The position numbers were made by a program, and so were the translations under genes. Shown here piece by piece: positions 19,100 through 27,718 of a stretch of 32,000 bases of DNA. This DNA is from Puniceicoccales bacterium (GTDB lineage Bacteria; Verrucomicrobiota; Verrucomicrobiia; Opitutales; JAIRLG01): positions 26,425 to 58,424 of the forward strand of contig JAITRB010000013.1 in assembly GCA_031288595.1 (NCBI GenBank). Direction: 5' to 3'. The notes under the pieces were generated by a model, which was given only the letters and a program-made list of their open reading frames with translations, did no database searches and was not told the DNA's origin. Every line of letters starts with the position of its first letter. Within the stretch, counting starts at the first letter, position 1.

Positions 19100-19156
19100 T
19101 CCTCCCACACGACCCAGCTGACAGAGGAGCCGGGGACGGCGCTCGGAATTCTCCAC
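19100..19156 (+). pseudogene. Diverged fragment duplicating codons 17-35 of rnhC
   Basis: SSHTTQLTEEPGTALGILH versus rnhC SSYTAQLTEEQAGALEILC (12/19 aa). By hand alignment 40/57 nt match 19256-19312, and 25/30 match in the first 30 nt. It lies 44 nt after element B. Confidence 0.5.
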
Positions 19157-19207
19157 CGAACCCTCCGCATTCAGCCCCAGAAGGTCAGGCCTTAAATTTT
19201 CATTTCC

Positions 19208-20215
19208 ATGCGCACCCGAAAATTCCCGGTAAAAAACGATGACGCACCAGCTCTGTCCTCCTATACGGCCCAGCTGACGGAAGAGCAGGCAGGAGCACTG
19301 GAAATCCTCTGCCAGGAGAAGCATTGGGAGAGGCGAGAGATCGCCTATGCCCGTGCGGCTTTTCGGAGCGATGGGCTCAACATCGTCCTCTACGAAAGCG
19401 GGAAGCTTCTCGTGCAGGGAAAAAAAACGGCCGAGTTCGTGGACTTCACACTCGAACCCTTCATTCTCGGTGCGGCCCGAATGGGTTATGAGGAGTTCGA
19501 GCATCCGGAATGGTTCGAGTCACACGCCGGTCTCGACGAGAGCGGCAAGGGCGACCTCTTCGGCCCACTGGTCTCGGCCTGCGTGATCGCCGATGGCGAG
19601 GCTGTGCGTTCCTGGATTACAGCTGGTGTCCGCGATAGCAAGCAGATCACCAGCGACCGACTCCTCTTCGGACTTGAGGAGAAAATCCGCCGAGATCCCC
19701 ACGTTTCCTGTGAGGTCTCCCGGCTCATCCCGGCGACTTATAACCGGCTCTATCCGCAATTCCAATCCAATCTCAATCAACTTCTAGCCTGGATGCATGC
19801 CCAGTGCCTGCGGAAGGCCCTAGCTCGGCGACCGGAGATCCGCTGGGGACTGCTCGACCAGTTCTCCCGGCAGCCGCTCGTCCAGCGCCAGCTCAGTCTT
19901 CCGAATTTTAGGCTGAAGATGCAGCCCCGGGCCGAGGAAGATCCCGTCGTCGCCGCCGCTTCCATCCTAGCCCGGGCAGAATTCATCCGTTCCATGAAAA
20001 ATCTATCCCAACAGGCAGGAACGCTACTGAAGCGCGGGGCCGGTTCCGCTGTCAAGGCCCAGGCCCAGGAACTACTCCTCCGCCACGGCCCTGAAAAATT
20101 TTCCTCCCTCGCGAAGATGCATTTCAAAACCGCCCAGGAGGCCCTCATGGCTGTGGCCGAAATGGATCCTTATCCGGAACCCAAGCCGGCGGAAGGGATA
20201 GAGGCAGCCATTTAG
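19208..20215 (+). CDS. rnhC: Ribonuclease HIII
   Basis: 335 aa with ATG start. An N-terminal ~90-aa substrate-binding domain is followed by the catalytic GLDESGKGDLFGPLV and RDSKQ motifs typical of RNase HIII. Confidence 0.85.
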   Translation: MRTRKFPVKNDDAPALSSYTAQLTEEQAGALEILCQEKHWERREIAYARAAFRSDGLNIVLYESGKLLVQGKKTAEFVDFTLEPFILGAARMGYEEFEHPEWFESHAGLDESGKGDLFGPLVSACVIADGEAVRSWITAGVRDSKQITSDRLLFGLEEKIRRDPHVSCEVSRLIPATYNRLYPQFQSNLNQLLAWMHAQCLRKALARRPEIRWGLLDQFSRQPLVQRQLSLPNFRLKMQPRAEEDPVVAAASILARAEFIRSMKNLSQQAGTLLKRGAGSAVKAQAQELLLRHGPEKFSSLAKMHFKTAQEALMAVAEMDPYPEPKPAEGIEAAI

Positions 20216-20261
20216 AGCGGAAGTGAAGTGTGGCTGAGCGGAGGAGCCTCGGGAGATCCAT

Positions 20262-20346
20262 CCCGCTGTCCTGGATTCCGAAGGAATCGCCCACTCCGTG
20301 GGCAGCGGCCTAAAAATGAGAATTTTTAGGCCACCAGGACAGCGGG
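20262..20346. repeat. Structured intergenic element copy F (order short-GC-long)
   Basis: Parse: cccgctgtcctgg | attcc-gaa-ggaat | gcccac-tcc-gtgggc | ggcctaaaaat-gaga-atttttaggcc | ccaggacagcggg. The clamp carries a paired change relative to GCCCGC/GCGGGC. The short hairpin is the exact reverse complement of that in copy D. Confidence 0.9.
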
Positions 20347-20370
20347 CGCCGAAGGGGGCATATTTGCCTA

Positions 20371-20399
20371 TTGTCAAAACCAGGAAAATTTCATTTAAT
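20371..20399 (+). promoter_or_regulatory. Putative sigma70-like promoter of fbaB
   Basis: TTGTCA (20371-20376), a 17-nt spacer, then TTTAAT (20394-20399), 21 nt before the ATG at 20420. Pattern match only. Confidence 0.3.
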
Positions 20400-20419
20400 A
20401 GTTAAAACTCATCGCTCTT

Positions 20420-21469
20420 ATGAATTCTCATATCCAGCATTTCATCCAGCGAGACTCCCACAAGCTCGTCGAACACCGCTGCAAAACGATTCCTTCGGAA
20501 GCCCTGACGCTTCCGGGGGAGGATTTCATCGACCGTGTCTGGGTACATTCCGACCGCTCCTGCAACGTCCTGAACAACCTGGCCCGCCTTTACGGCAGTG
20601 GACGTCTGGCTCATACGGGCTATGTTTCCATCCTGCCGGTAGATCAGGGGACCGAGCATTCCGCTGGAGCGAGCTTTGCGCCTAATCCAGACTACTTCGA
20701 TCCGGAGAACATCGTGCGCCTCGCTCTGGAGGGTGGGTGCAATGCGGTCGCCTCTACCCTGGGTGTCCTGGGCATCGTGAGCCGGAAATACGCCCATAAA
20801 ATTCCCTTCATCGTGAAGCTGAATCACAACGAGCTATTGAGCTATCCCAATAAGTTCGACCAGGTTTATTTCGCTCAGGTGGAACAGGCCAAGGACATGG
20901 GGGCGCTCGGCATCGGGGCCACCATTTATTTCGGCTCGGGAGAGTCTACGCGCCAAATTCAGGAAACCAGCGAGGCCTTTCAGCTCGCCCATGAGCTTGG
21001 CCTCGTCACGATCCTCTGGTGTTACCTCCGCAATCCAGCCTTCAAGGCGGACAAGGACTATCACATGGCGGCGGATCTGACCGGTCAGGCGAATCATCTC
21101 GGAGCGACGATTCAAGCGGACATTTTGAAGCAGAAGCTGCCGATCAACAACGGAGGATTCAAAGCGCTCAAGTTTGGGAAGACGCACGAAAAGGTCTACA
21201 GCCAGCTCTCCTCGGAGCATCCCATCGACCTGACCCGCTACCAGGTGGCCAACGGCTACATGGGGCGCACGGGATTGATCAGTTCCGGCGGAGCAGCGGG
21301 AGAAAATGATTTTCACGAGGCCATCGAAACGGCCATTATCAACAAGCGGGCAGGAGGTATGGGCCTCATCTGCGGCCGCAAGGCCTTTCAGCGACCCATG
21401 AAAGAGGGCATCGAGCTCCTCCACACCATCCAGGACGTCTATCTGGAGAAGACCATCACCCTGGCCTGA
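20420..21469 (+). CDS. fbaB: Class I fructose-bisphosphate aldolase (DhnA/FbaB type)
   Basis: 349 aa, collinear with E. coli FbaB as I recall it: [72 protein letters not shown]. Confidence 0.93.
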   Translation: MNSHIQHFIQRDSHKLVEHRCKTIPSEALTLPGEDFIDRVWVHSDRSCNVLNNLARLYGSGRLAHTGYVSILPVDQGTEHSAGASFAPNPDYFDPENIVRLALEGGCNAVASTLGVLGIVSRKYAHKIPFIVKLNHNELLSYPNKFDQVYFAQVEQAKDMGALGIGATIYFGSGESTRQIQETSEAFQLAHELGLVTILWCYLRNPAFKADKDYHMAADLTGQANHLGATIQADILKQKLPINNGGFKALKFGKTHEKVYSQLSSEHPIDLTRYQVANGYMGRTGLISSGGAAGENDFHEAIETAIINKRAGGMGLICGRKAFQRPMKEGIELLHTIQDVYLEKTITLA

Positions 21470-21502
21470 GCCTTTCATAGGGAAAGGCCCTTTGAGAGAA
21501 CG

Positions 21503-21531
21503 CCCTGGAGTCCTTCCAGGGTTTTGTTTTT
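21503..21531 (+). terminator. Rho-independent terminator downstream of fbaB
   Basis: ccctgga-gtcct-tccaggg followed by ttttgttttt. It is preceded by a second hairpin gcctttc-atagg-gaaaggc at 21470-21488. Confidence 0.7.
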
Positions 21532-21613
21532 CCTCAAAGCGCATCGCAGAGGATAAATGGCTGAGGCCGGGGCCTCTTGCAGAGGATCCTGAGGAGGACC
21601 GTTGTGGGGCTTG

Positions 21614-21715
21614 GGGCCACCTTTAACGGTGCGGAAAATAAAAAGGTTTTTTTATTTTCCTGCGCCGCAGGCCCGCGCAGCGGGCCGGGAACCCGAAGGG
21701 CTCCAAAGGTGGCCC
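21614..21715. repeat. Structured intergenic element copy G (order long-GC-short)
   Basis: Parse: gggccaccttt | (cggtgc)ggaaaataaaaa-ggtt-tttttattttcc(tgcgccg) | ggcccgc-gca-gcgggcc | ggaaccc-gaa-gggctcc (one mismatch) | aaaggtggccc. Confidence 0.85.
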
Positions 21716-21882
21716 TGCCGCGACCCCAGCCCCTCTCTTTAGCGCTGAGAACCCAAGTCTCCTGGGCCCATCCCCGTTCCGGGAGCTTCTTTCCCTCCTC
21801 AAACTTTCCAGCCAAAGCCAACGAAGCTCGGCAGCCAATCCAGAACTCACGTTCCTCTAAAACCGGATTATAATTCTCCGCC

Positions 21883-22257
21883 ATGTGCAATTGTGACAGC
21901 TGGACGAGCCGGAGCATTTTCATCCTGGAGCTCAGCATCGCCCTGATTTCCACCGTCACCAGCCTAATGCTCTTGGCGCAAAGCCGACGTCGCGCACGGC
22001 AGAGGGCGGCGTCAAGCGCAGGGAGCCCGAAAGCTCCCTCCTGCTTCGAAAAACTTCTAACCCTCTTGCCGGAAAAGGTTCTGGGCTATGGGAAGCAAGT
22101 TTTTCAAAAACTCGTGGAATTTCTTCGCCCCATGCTCTCCCGGGTCACTTCGTCGCTGCTGGGCTCCATCCGCAAGATCGCCAATTCCCTCCTCCAAGCA
22201 ACAGAAAGATCCGGAAGGTCCTCCCCAAAACAGGTGTCCCCAGAAAAGGGCAAATAG
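21883..22257 (+). CDS. Hypothetical small protein (possible first gene of phage block)
   Basis: 124-aa ORF with ATG start, a hydrophobic N-terminal segment (IFILELSIALISTVTSLMLL) and a basic tail. It ends 14 nt before the next ORF. No recognisable family. Confidence 0.4.
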   Translation: MCNCDSWTSRSIFILELSIALISTVTSLMLLAQSRRRARQRAASSAGSPKAPSCFEKLLTLLPEKVLGYGKQVFQKLVEFLRPMLSRVTSSLLGSIRKIANSLLQATERSGRSSPKQVSPEKGK

Positions 22258-22270
22258 GATTTTCTTCGCC

Positions 22271-22624
22271 ATGAAAGAGCCGAAAAATTTTCAGAACACC
22301 TCGGAGCACCTGCGGAGGGCTCAGCTGCCTATCCGGGAGATACTGCAGCGCTGGGCCTCCTCTCACGAGACCGTGCAGGCCTCCCTCGCCTGCGTCTGGG
22401 AGCTCTTCTTCGATATCCTGCAGCAACAGGAGGAGATCTCGCTCGCCGACCTGAACACCGCCTCGGGCATCATCCAAAAGCTCTCGGCCTGCCACAGCCA
22501 GCTCGCAGCCCTGGAGGCGAAGAAGCATGAGGACTCCGTGGGCGATGAGGCCTCGGAACATCTGAGTCCGCAGCTCTCACCGGAAATCCTCGAGGCCATT
22601 GAACGGCAGCTGCAGCTGCTCTGA
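22271..22624 (+). CDS. Hypothetical phage protein upstream of terminase (possible small terminase subunit)
   Basis: The in-frame ATG at 22271 inside track ORF 22088..22624 gives 117 aa. Its stop lies 5 nt before the terminase start. The role is suggested by position only. Confidence 0.5.
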   Translation: MKEPKNFQNTSEHLRRAQLPIREILQRWASSHETVQASLACVWELFFDILQQQEEISLADLNTASGIIQKLSACHSQLAALEAKKHEDSVGDEASEHLSPQLSPEILEAIERQLQLL

Positions 22625-22629
22625 AGCCT

Positions 22630-24018
22630 ATGCTCACCCGACGACATCCATTCTTTCTCCCCTATCAAGAACGCTGGATCCGCGACGAATCCCAACTGAA
22701 AATCCTGGAGAAATCCCGGCAAATCGGGATGACCTGGGCCACGGCCTACCGGCTCGTCCGTCGGCACGCCGACCGCCGGCAGCGGCTCGATTCCTGGGTC
22801 AGCTCCCGGGACGAGATTTCGGCCAAGCTCTTTCTCGAGGACTGCAAATCCTTTCGGGATATCCTGCACGCGGCGGCACAGGAGTTCGGCCGTACTCTCT
22901 GCACCGATGAGGGACGAGACAGCAGCTATTCTCTCCGCTTCCGCAACCGCACGCAGATTCACTCGCTCTCCTCGAATCCCGACACCCAAGCTGGCAAGCG
23001 CGGCACGCGCGTTCTCGACGAGTTCGCCCTGCATCCGCAGGCGGAGCAACTCTACAGCACCGCCATCCCGGGTATCACCTGGGGAGGGCAGCTCGAAATT
23101 CTCTCGACCCATCGGGATGCCGAGCATCTCTTCAACCGCCTGATCCAGGAGGTCCTCCACAACGGCAATCCCAAGCAATTTTCCCACCACCGGGTCACGC
23201 TCGAAGATGCCCTGGAACAGGGGCTTCTGCCGCGCATTCAGGAAAAGCTTCCCGCCGAAGATCCGCGGCGGGCGATGACGGAGGCGGATTACTACGAGCA
23301 CATCCGGCAGAGCTGTATCGACGAGGATTCCTTTCGGCAGGAGTACCTCTGCTGTCCCTTCCAGGAGGGCAATTCCTTTCTCCCGCTCCCGCTGATTCAG
23401 GACTGCGAGTACGCCGATGGCGAAACCTGGGAGTGCGGTCCGTCGGCCATCACGCAGGACTGCTACCTCGGCATCGACATCGGTCGGGAACACGACCTCA
23501 GCGTCTTCTGGCTCCTGGAGAAGGAAAAGGACATCGCCTATACGCGCCAAATCATCTGTGCGCAGCGGATGCGCTTTTCGGAGCAGGAAGTGCTCCTGAA
23601 ATCCTTCTTCGCCCTACCCTCGCTGCGCCGCGTCTGCATCGATCAGAGCGGCATCGGGCGCCAGTTTACCGAACGCGCCATCGAACATTTCGGCTCCTAC
23701 CGCGTCGAAGGCATCACCTTCAGCTCCGCCATCAAGGAACGGCTCGCCTACGAACTGCGCCGGGCATTCGAGCAGCGGCAGTTGAGAATTCCGGCCGAGC
23801 GCAGCATTCGGGCAGACCTGCGCTCCATCAAACGGGAAAATACCTTCGCCGGCAATGCTCGCTTCTCAGCCGAACGGAATAAAAACGGTCATGCCGACCG
23901 CTTCTGGGCGCTGGCCCTGGCCTGGCACGCCGGACAGAGTCCCAGGACCGCCTCATTTTCCCACTTCACCTCCATTCCCTGGCACCAGTCCCACCATTCC
24001 TGGAGGGGAAGCCTTTAA
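22630..24018 (+). CDS. Phage terminase large subunit (Mu gp28-like)
   Basis: 462 aa. The N-terminus FLPYQERWIRDESQLKILEKSRQIGMTWA carries the Walker-A-like KSRQIG.T of this terminase family. An acidic nuclease-type C-terminal half follows, and the portal gene lies immediately downstream. Confidence 0.8.
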   Translation: MLTRRHPFFLPYQERWIRDESQLKILEKSRQIGMTWATAYRLVRRHADRRQRLDSWVSSRDEISAKLFLEDCKSFRDILHAAAQEFGRTLCTDEGRDSSYSLRFRNRTQIHSLSSNPDTQAGKRGTRVLDEFALHPQAEQLYSTAIPGITWGGQLEILSTHRDAEHLFNRLIQEVLHNGNPKQFSHHRVTLEDALEQGLLPRIQEKLPAEDPRRAMTEADYYEHIRQSCIDEDSFRQEYLCCPFQEGNSFLPLPLIQDCEYADGETWECGPSAITQDCYLGIDIGREHDLSVFWLLEKEKDIAYTRQIICAQRMRFSEQEVLLKSFFALPSLRRVCIDQSGIGRQFTERAIEHFGSYRVEGITFSSAIKERLAYELRRAFEQRQLRIPAERSIRADLRSIKRENTFAGNARFSAERNKNGHADRFWALALAWHAGQSPRTASFSHFTSIPWHQSHHSWRGSL

Positions 24019-24022
24019 GCCT

Positions 24023-25228
24023 ATGAAATATTCCTCGCAAATTTCCGACGGCCGCATCGCGCATTCCCTGCGCCTGCAGTTCAATCCCATTCGGCAGCTG
24101 AATCCCGAGACCCTGTCGCACATCCTCGACAGTTTTTCCTCGGGATACTTGAAACCGGCAGCCCTCGCCTGGGAAGCCATCGAGCGGCGAGACGACATCC
24201 TCCAGGGCGTCGCCGCCAAGCGCAAGAAATCCGTCGCGCGCCTCCCCTGGGAAATCCTGAGCATCGACCGTTCGCCCGAGGCGATGAAGCAGAAGGAGGC
24301 CCTGGAATATTTTTACAACAACCTTCGGGCGACCCATGCCTGTGACCGCAACATCTGCGGCGGCTTCGCCCTGCTGGTCAAGCAGATGATGGACGCTGTC
24401 GGGAAGAAATACGCCGTCCACGAGATCGTCTACCAGGAACCGATGAAAAATGCCTCCGGAGACTTTCTCCTCTCCGCCGAATTCCGCTTCGTCCCGCTGT
24501 GGTTTTTCGAAAACCGCCACGGGCACCTGCAGTTTTTGGAACAGGAAGGCTCCCTGGAAGGTATCGCGCTGGATCCCGGCTCCTGGATGGTGACGCACGG
24601 GGATGGATTGATGGAGGCCTGTTCCATCGCCTACCTCTTCAAACATCTCCCTCTGCGCGATTGGCTCGTCTACTGCGAGCGCAATGGCATGCCGGGGGTC
24701 AAAGGAGTCACCAGTGCCCAACCCGGAAGCGAGGAGTGGGAGAGCGCCAAGTCCGCCGTCGAGTCCTTCGGTGCCGAATTCAATGCCCTGATGACGGTGG
24801 GGACACAGATCGAGGCCATCGACTTAAGCAGCCGCGGAGAACTGCCCTATCCTCCTCTGGTCGACCGCATGGATCGGGCGATGGCAGCTCTGTGGCGTGG
24901 CTCCGACCTCACAACCCTGTCCCGCAATGCCGGGACCGGCGCTTCCCTCCAGGGCGATGAATGTATCCTGCTGGAGGAGGACGACGCCTGTACGATTTCC
25001 GAGACGCTCAACCAACAGGTCGATGTCCCTGTGCTGCGCTACCTCTTCGGCGAAGGGCCGGTCAAGGCCTATGTCCGGCTCATGCCCAAGACCCGTCGGG
25101 ATCTACAAGCGGAAATCCGCCTCTACCGCGAGCTCTACGAGATGGGGATCTCCTTTTCCGCGGAAAAAATGCGTGAACACTTCGGTATCCCCATTCCCGG
25201 CGAAGACGAAATCACCCTGAAAAAATAG
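24023..25228 (+). CDS. Phage portal protein (DUF935 / Mu gp29-like)
   Basis: The ATG at 24023 is in frame with track ORF 23855..25228 and 5 nt after the terminase stop. The region LDSFSSGYLKPAALAWEAIERRDDILQGVAAKRKKSVARLPWEI matches the conserved N-terminal pattern of DUF935 portals as I recall it. Confidence 0.75.
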   Translation: MKYSSQISDGRIAHSLRLQFNPIRQLNPETLSHILDSFSSGYLKPAALAWEAIERRDDILQGVAAKRKKSVARLPWEILSIDRSPEAMKQKEALEYFYNNLRATHACDRNICGGFALLVKQMMDAVGKKYAVHEIVYQEPMKNASGDFLLSAEFRFVPLWFFENRHGHLQFLEQEGSLEGIALDPGSWMVTHGDGLMEACSIAYLFKHLPLRDWLVYCERNGMPGVKGVTSAQPGSEEWESAKSAVESFGAEFNALMTVGTQIEAIDLSSRGELPYPPLVDRMDRAMAALWRGSDLTTLSRNAGTGASLQGDECILLEEDDACTISETLNQQVDVPVLRYLFGEGPVKAYVRLMPKTRRDLQAEIRLYRELYEMGISFSAEKMREHFGIPIPGEDEITLKK

Positions 25229-25253
25229 GAGGCGAACACCCGATAAATTCCTC

Positions 25254-26156
25254 ATGGATAAGGTTTTACAGGAAATCCCGTGGCCCGAGGAGACTCCGAC
25301 CGGTTCGGCAATCAGGCGCTGGCTCCGAATCAGTGCCTATGGTCATTACCCCCATCCGCAGGGCTTACAGTGCATCGACCGTGTCGCAGTCCAGGCGATG
25401 GTGGAGCACTTCAAATCTTTTCGCGGACGTCTGCGGCGCCGCTTCGGCGGCCTTCCGGTCTACATCGGCCATCCGGATGACCCGCAGCTCCGCCAACAGC
25501 CCGGGCATCAGGATACCCGCGCCTACGCATGGATTCAGGATCTGGAGGCTCGGGAGGACGGACTGCACGGGCTCATCAAATGGTCGGACGCCGGCCTGGA
25601 GCTCCTCCGCAATGCCTTTTTCAAGTTTTTCTCCCCGCGTTGGGAGATGCAGGTCATCGGGCCAGGGCAGTTTCGACCCATTCGCCTCCTGTCCATCGGC
25701 CTCACCAATTACCCCAACATCCCGGGCGATGCGATCGCCAACCAGGAAGTGAGCGAGGGAAAAGCACCGGCGGCCGTCACCCGAGAAGAGGCTTATGGAA
25801 CATCCCCCGGCCATCCGGTTCCCGCCGATGACACGCTTAGGAAAGAGACAGGGATTTCCGCAGAACTCGAACATTTTCTGGCTCAGGGCCTGAACGGAGG
25901 ACATATCCTCCCCAACGAATGCGCCGCATGGGCCCGCCGCTACGGCGAGGATCCGGAAAGGGCCAGCGAGGAGATGCAGGCCCAGAAGCACGGACTCCAT
26001 CTTCAGGCTCACAGCGCTTCGCTCCAGGAGGCCAATCCATCGGCCGCCTCCCGGGAACAAATCCTCTCCCACGTTCATCGGCGCATCCGGGACTTCGGCG
26101 AGAGCTACACCGATGCCTGGGCCGCCGTGCGCCAGTCCTATCCCCAGCTCTTTTGA
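25254..26156 (+). CDS. Phage head protease/scaffold (Mu gpI-like)
   Basis: 300 aa, positioned between portal and capsid. The N-terminal region (ISAYGHYPHPQG...PVYIGHPD) and the C-terminal tail (SYTDAWAAVRQSYPQLF) resemble Mu-like prophage protein I. Confidence 0.6.
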   Translation: MDKVLQEIPWPEETPTGSAIRRWLRISAYGHYPHPQGLQCIDRVAVQAMVEHFKSFRGRLRRRFGGLPVYIGHPDDPQLRQQPGHQDTRAYAWIQDLEAREDGLHGLIKWSDAGLELLRNAFFKFFSPRWEMQVIGPGQFRPIRLLSIGLTNYPNIPGDAIANQEVSEGKAPAAVTREEAYGTSPGHPVPADDTLRKETGISAELEHFLAQGLNGGHILPNECAAWARRYGEDPERASEEMQAQKHGLHLQAHSASLQEANPSAASREQILSHVHRRIRDFGESYTDAWAAVRQSYPQLF

Positions 26157-26185
26157 AAAAGGCTTTTTATCCCATCATCACGACA

Positions 26186-26608
26186 ATGAAATCCATACCT
26201 ATCCTCTTCTCCAACATCGCCGGCGAGACCCATCGCTCGCACATCACCTACCGGGCCGGCGAGGCCATCACACGCCATCGCCTCGTCAAGCTCTCCCCGG
26301 ACGGAACGGCGGTCAGCGTCGCCGGAATCGGTGATCGGCCCATCGGCCTATCCACCGACGAAGCCGCTCCGGGCGAGATGCTCGACATCGCATTGCTCGG
26401 TTCCTCCGACACCCTCACGGCCCAGGCCAGCGGCAGCATCCAAGCCGGAGACATCCTGGTGCCAGCCACCGAGGGCCATGTCCAAGCCCTGCCTGCCACC
26501 ACTGGCAGCTACAGGCAAATCGGCATCGCGCTGCGACCGGCCGTCGCTGATGCCCTGGTCGAGATCATGCCCTGCGTTCCTTGTCCGTACACGGTCGATG
26601 GCAACTAA
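26186..26608 (+). CDS. Head decoration-type protein (DUF2190-like)
   Basis: The ATG at 26186 in track ORF 25919..26608 gives 140 aa. The Gly/Ala-rich beta pattern (VAGIGDRPIGLSTDEAAPGEMLDIALLG...IQAGDILV) and the position just before the capsid gene fit this family. Confidence 0.55.
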   Translation: MKSIPILFSNIAGETHRSHITYRAGEAITRHRLVKLSPDGTAVSVAGIGDRPIGLSTDEAAPGEMLDIALLGSSDTLTAQASGSIQAGDILVPATEGHVQALPATTGSYRQIGIALRPAVADALVEIMPCVPCPYTVDGN

Positions 26609-26628
26609 CCCTTTTAACATCCTATCCC

Positions 26629-27600
26629 ATGATGAATCTCTACGAAAGACTTCCCCGGGACGACGGGCTTCAGGACTACGGCACCATCTGCGCGGCCAAT
26701 GAATCGCGCTTCAACGCGAGTCACTACTCGGAACTCCTCAGCACCTTCACCGCAGGCTGGAGAGATCCCGAGCACCTGGCCGAGCTGCTGGACTTCATCG
26801 CGCCTCCGATTCCCGTCGCCCGACGATTCGAGTTCAAGGTCGCCGACAATGGAGAGGCCTTTCTCTCCGAATCCGACGACATTCGGGCCATCGGTTCTGC
26901 CTTCAAGCGCATCGAATTCAGCGGCAGTTCCGTCACAGCCAAGACCTTCAACAAGGGCCTGACGATCCGGGTCGACCACGACGATGTCGCCGGTGACAAC
27001 TGGCGGGAGCGCTATGTCCAACTCCTATTACAGCGGCTCTACCGGAATGAATTGCGTCGGGCTATCGCGGCCCTGGAAGGCAGTGCCTCTTTCCTCAGCG
27101 CGAGCTACGTCTGGAGCCCCACGACAGGAACACCGAATCCCGACGCCGACATCCGGGCCGAACTGGCTGCGGCCGCCGAGCTTACAGGCATTCGGCCGAA
27201 TCGGCTCATCATCGGCGAAGGGGCCTGGGACCTGCGCTCGGATGCCTACGACCACCAGGACAACGCCGGCTCGCAGCGCTCGGCCGGACTCAGCCCCACC
27301 GAACTCGCCCAGAAGCTCTTCGTCGACGAGGTGAGGCTTATCCGGGCGCGCTACCAAGGCAGTGCGAGCAAAGATGCCATGCTCGGCAATACGATCTATG
27401 CCTTCCAGTCCCAGAACGGAATTCTCAAGGACGAGTCCTCCAATATAAAGCGCTTCGTCACACCGGTGGACGGCCACAGTTCCTTCCGGGTCTATCTGGA
27501 GGAGCACAGCAAGTTCAGCGACATCAGCGTCGAGCACTACAGCCATATCCTGATCACCTTCAACCAGGGCATCCGCAAGCTCAGCGTCATCGCCGCCTAG
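26629..27600 (+). CDS. Phage major capsid protein
   Basis: The ATGATG at 26629 in track ORF 26581..27600 gives 323 aa. Size and position (after protease and decoration genes) fit a capsid protein, and a large structured non-coding gap follows. The family is not resolved. Confidence 0.65.
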   Translation: MMNLYERLPRDDGLQDYGTICAANESRFNASHYSELLSTFTAGWRDPEHLAELLDFIAPPIPVARRFEFKVADNGEAFLSESDDIRAIGSAFKRIEFSGSSVTAKTFNKGLTIRVDHDDVAGDNWRERYVQLLLQRLYRNELRRAIAALEGSASFLSASYVWSPTTGTPNPDADIRAELAAAAELTGIRPNRLIIGEGAWDLRSDAYDHQDNAGSQRSAGLSPTELAQKLFVDEVRLIRARYQGSASKDAMLGNTIYAFQSQNGILKDESSNIKRFVTPVDGHSSFRVYLEEHSKFSDISVEHYSHILITFNQGIRKLSVIAA

Positions 27601-27621
27601 GGCTCGCTTGGCCTCCGGTCA

Positions 27622-27718
27622 CTGCCATGGCCCCCTTTGCTCCGCAAAGGGCGGCGTTCCTCCGGAACGCCGCGGTCGGCCCCCTCGGTTCCACCGAGGG
27701 GCCGACGGGCCATGGCAG
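27622..27718. repeat. Structured element copy I (divergent; inside prophage, after capsid gene)
   Basis: Parse: ctgccatggcc(c) | cctttgc-tcc-gcaaagg | ggcgttcc-tcc-ggaacgcc | gtcggcccctcgg-ttccac-ccgaggggccgac | gggccatggcag. The topology matches copies A-H but it has no GCCCGC clamp. Confidence 0.75.

Noticed and set aside
4128-21715. The possibility that the repeated palindromic elements are a CRISPR array or tRNA-like genes.
   Set aside because: The copies are kilobases apart and separated by genes, not arranged as regularly spaced repeats and spacers. The cloverleaf-like topology lacks T-loop, D-loop and anticodon-loop features, and the arm lengths are wrong for tRNA.
4128-21715. The elements as ordinary Rho-independent terminators.
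   Set aside because: No T-tract follows any copy. Three copies lie between divergent gene starts, and fbaB has a separate canonical terminator upstream of element G.
22363-23550. 395-aa minus-strand ORF antisense to the terminase gene. Similar long antisense ORFs occur at 23966-24721, 25365-26078, 27028-27546 and 29126-29977.
   Set aside because: These are shadow ORFs typical of G+C-rich coding DNA. Their products are R/G/P/A-rich with no motifs, while the + strand ORFs carry recognisable phage motifs and tight translational coupling.
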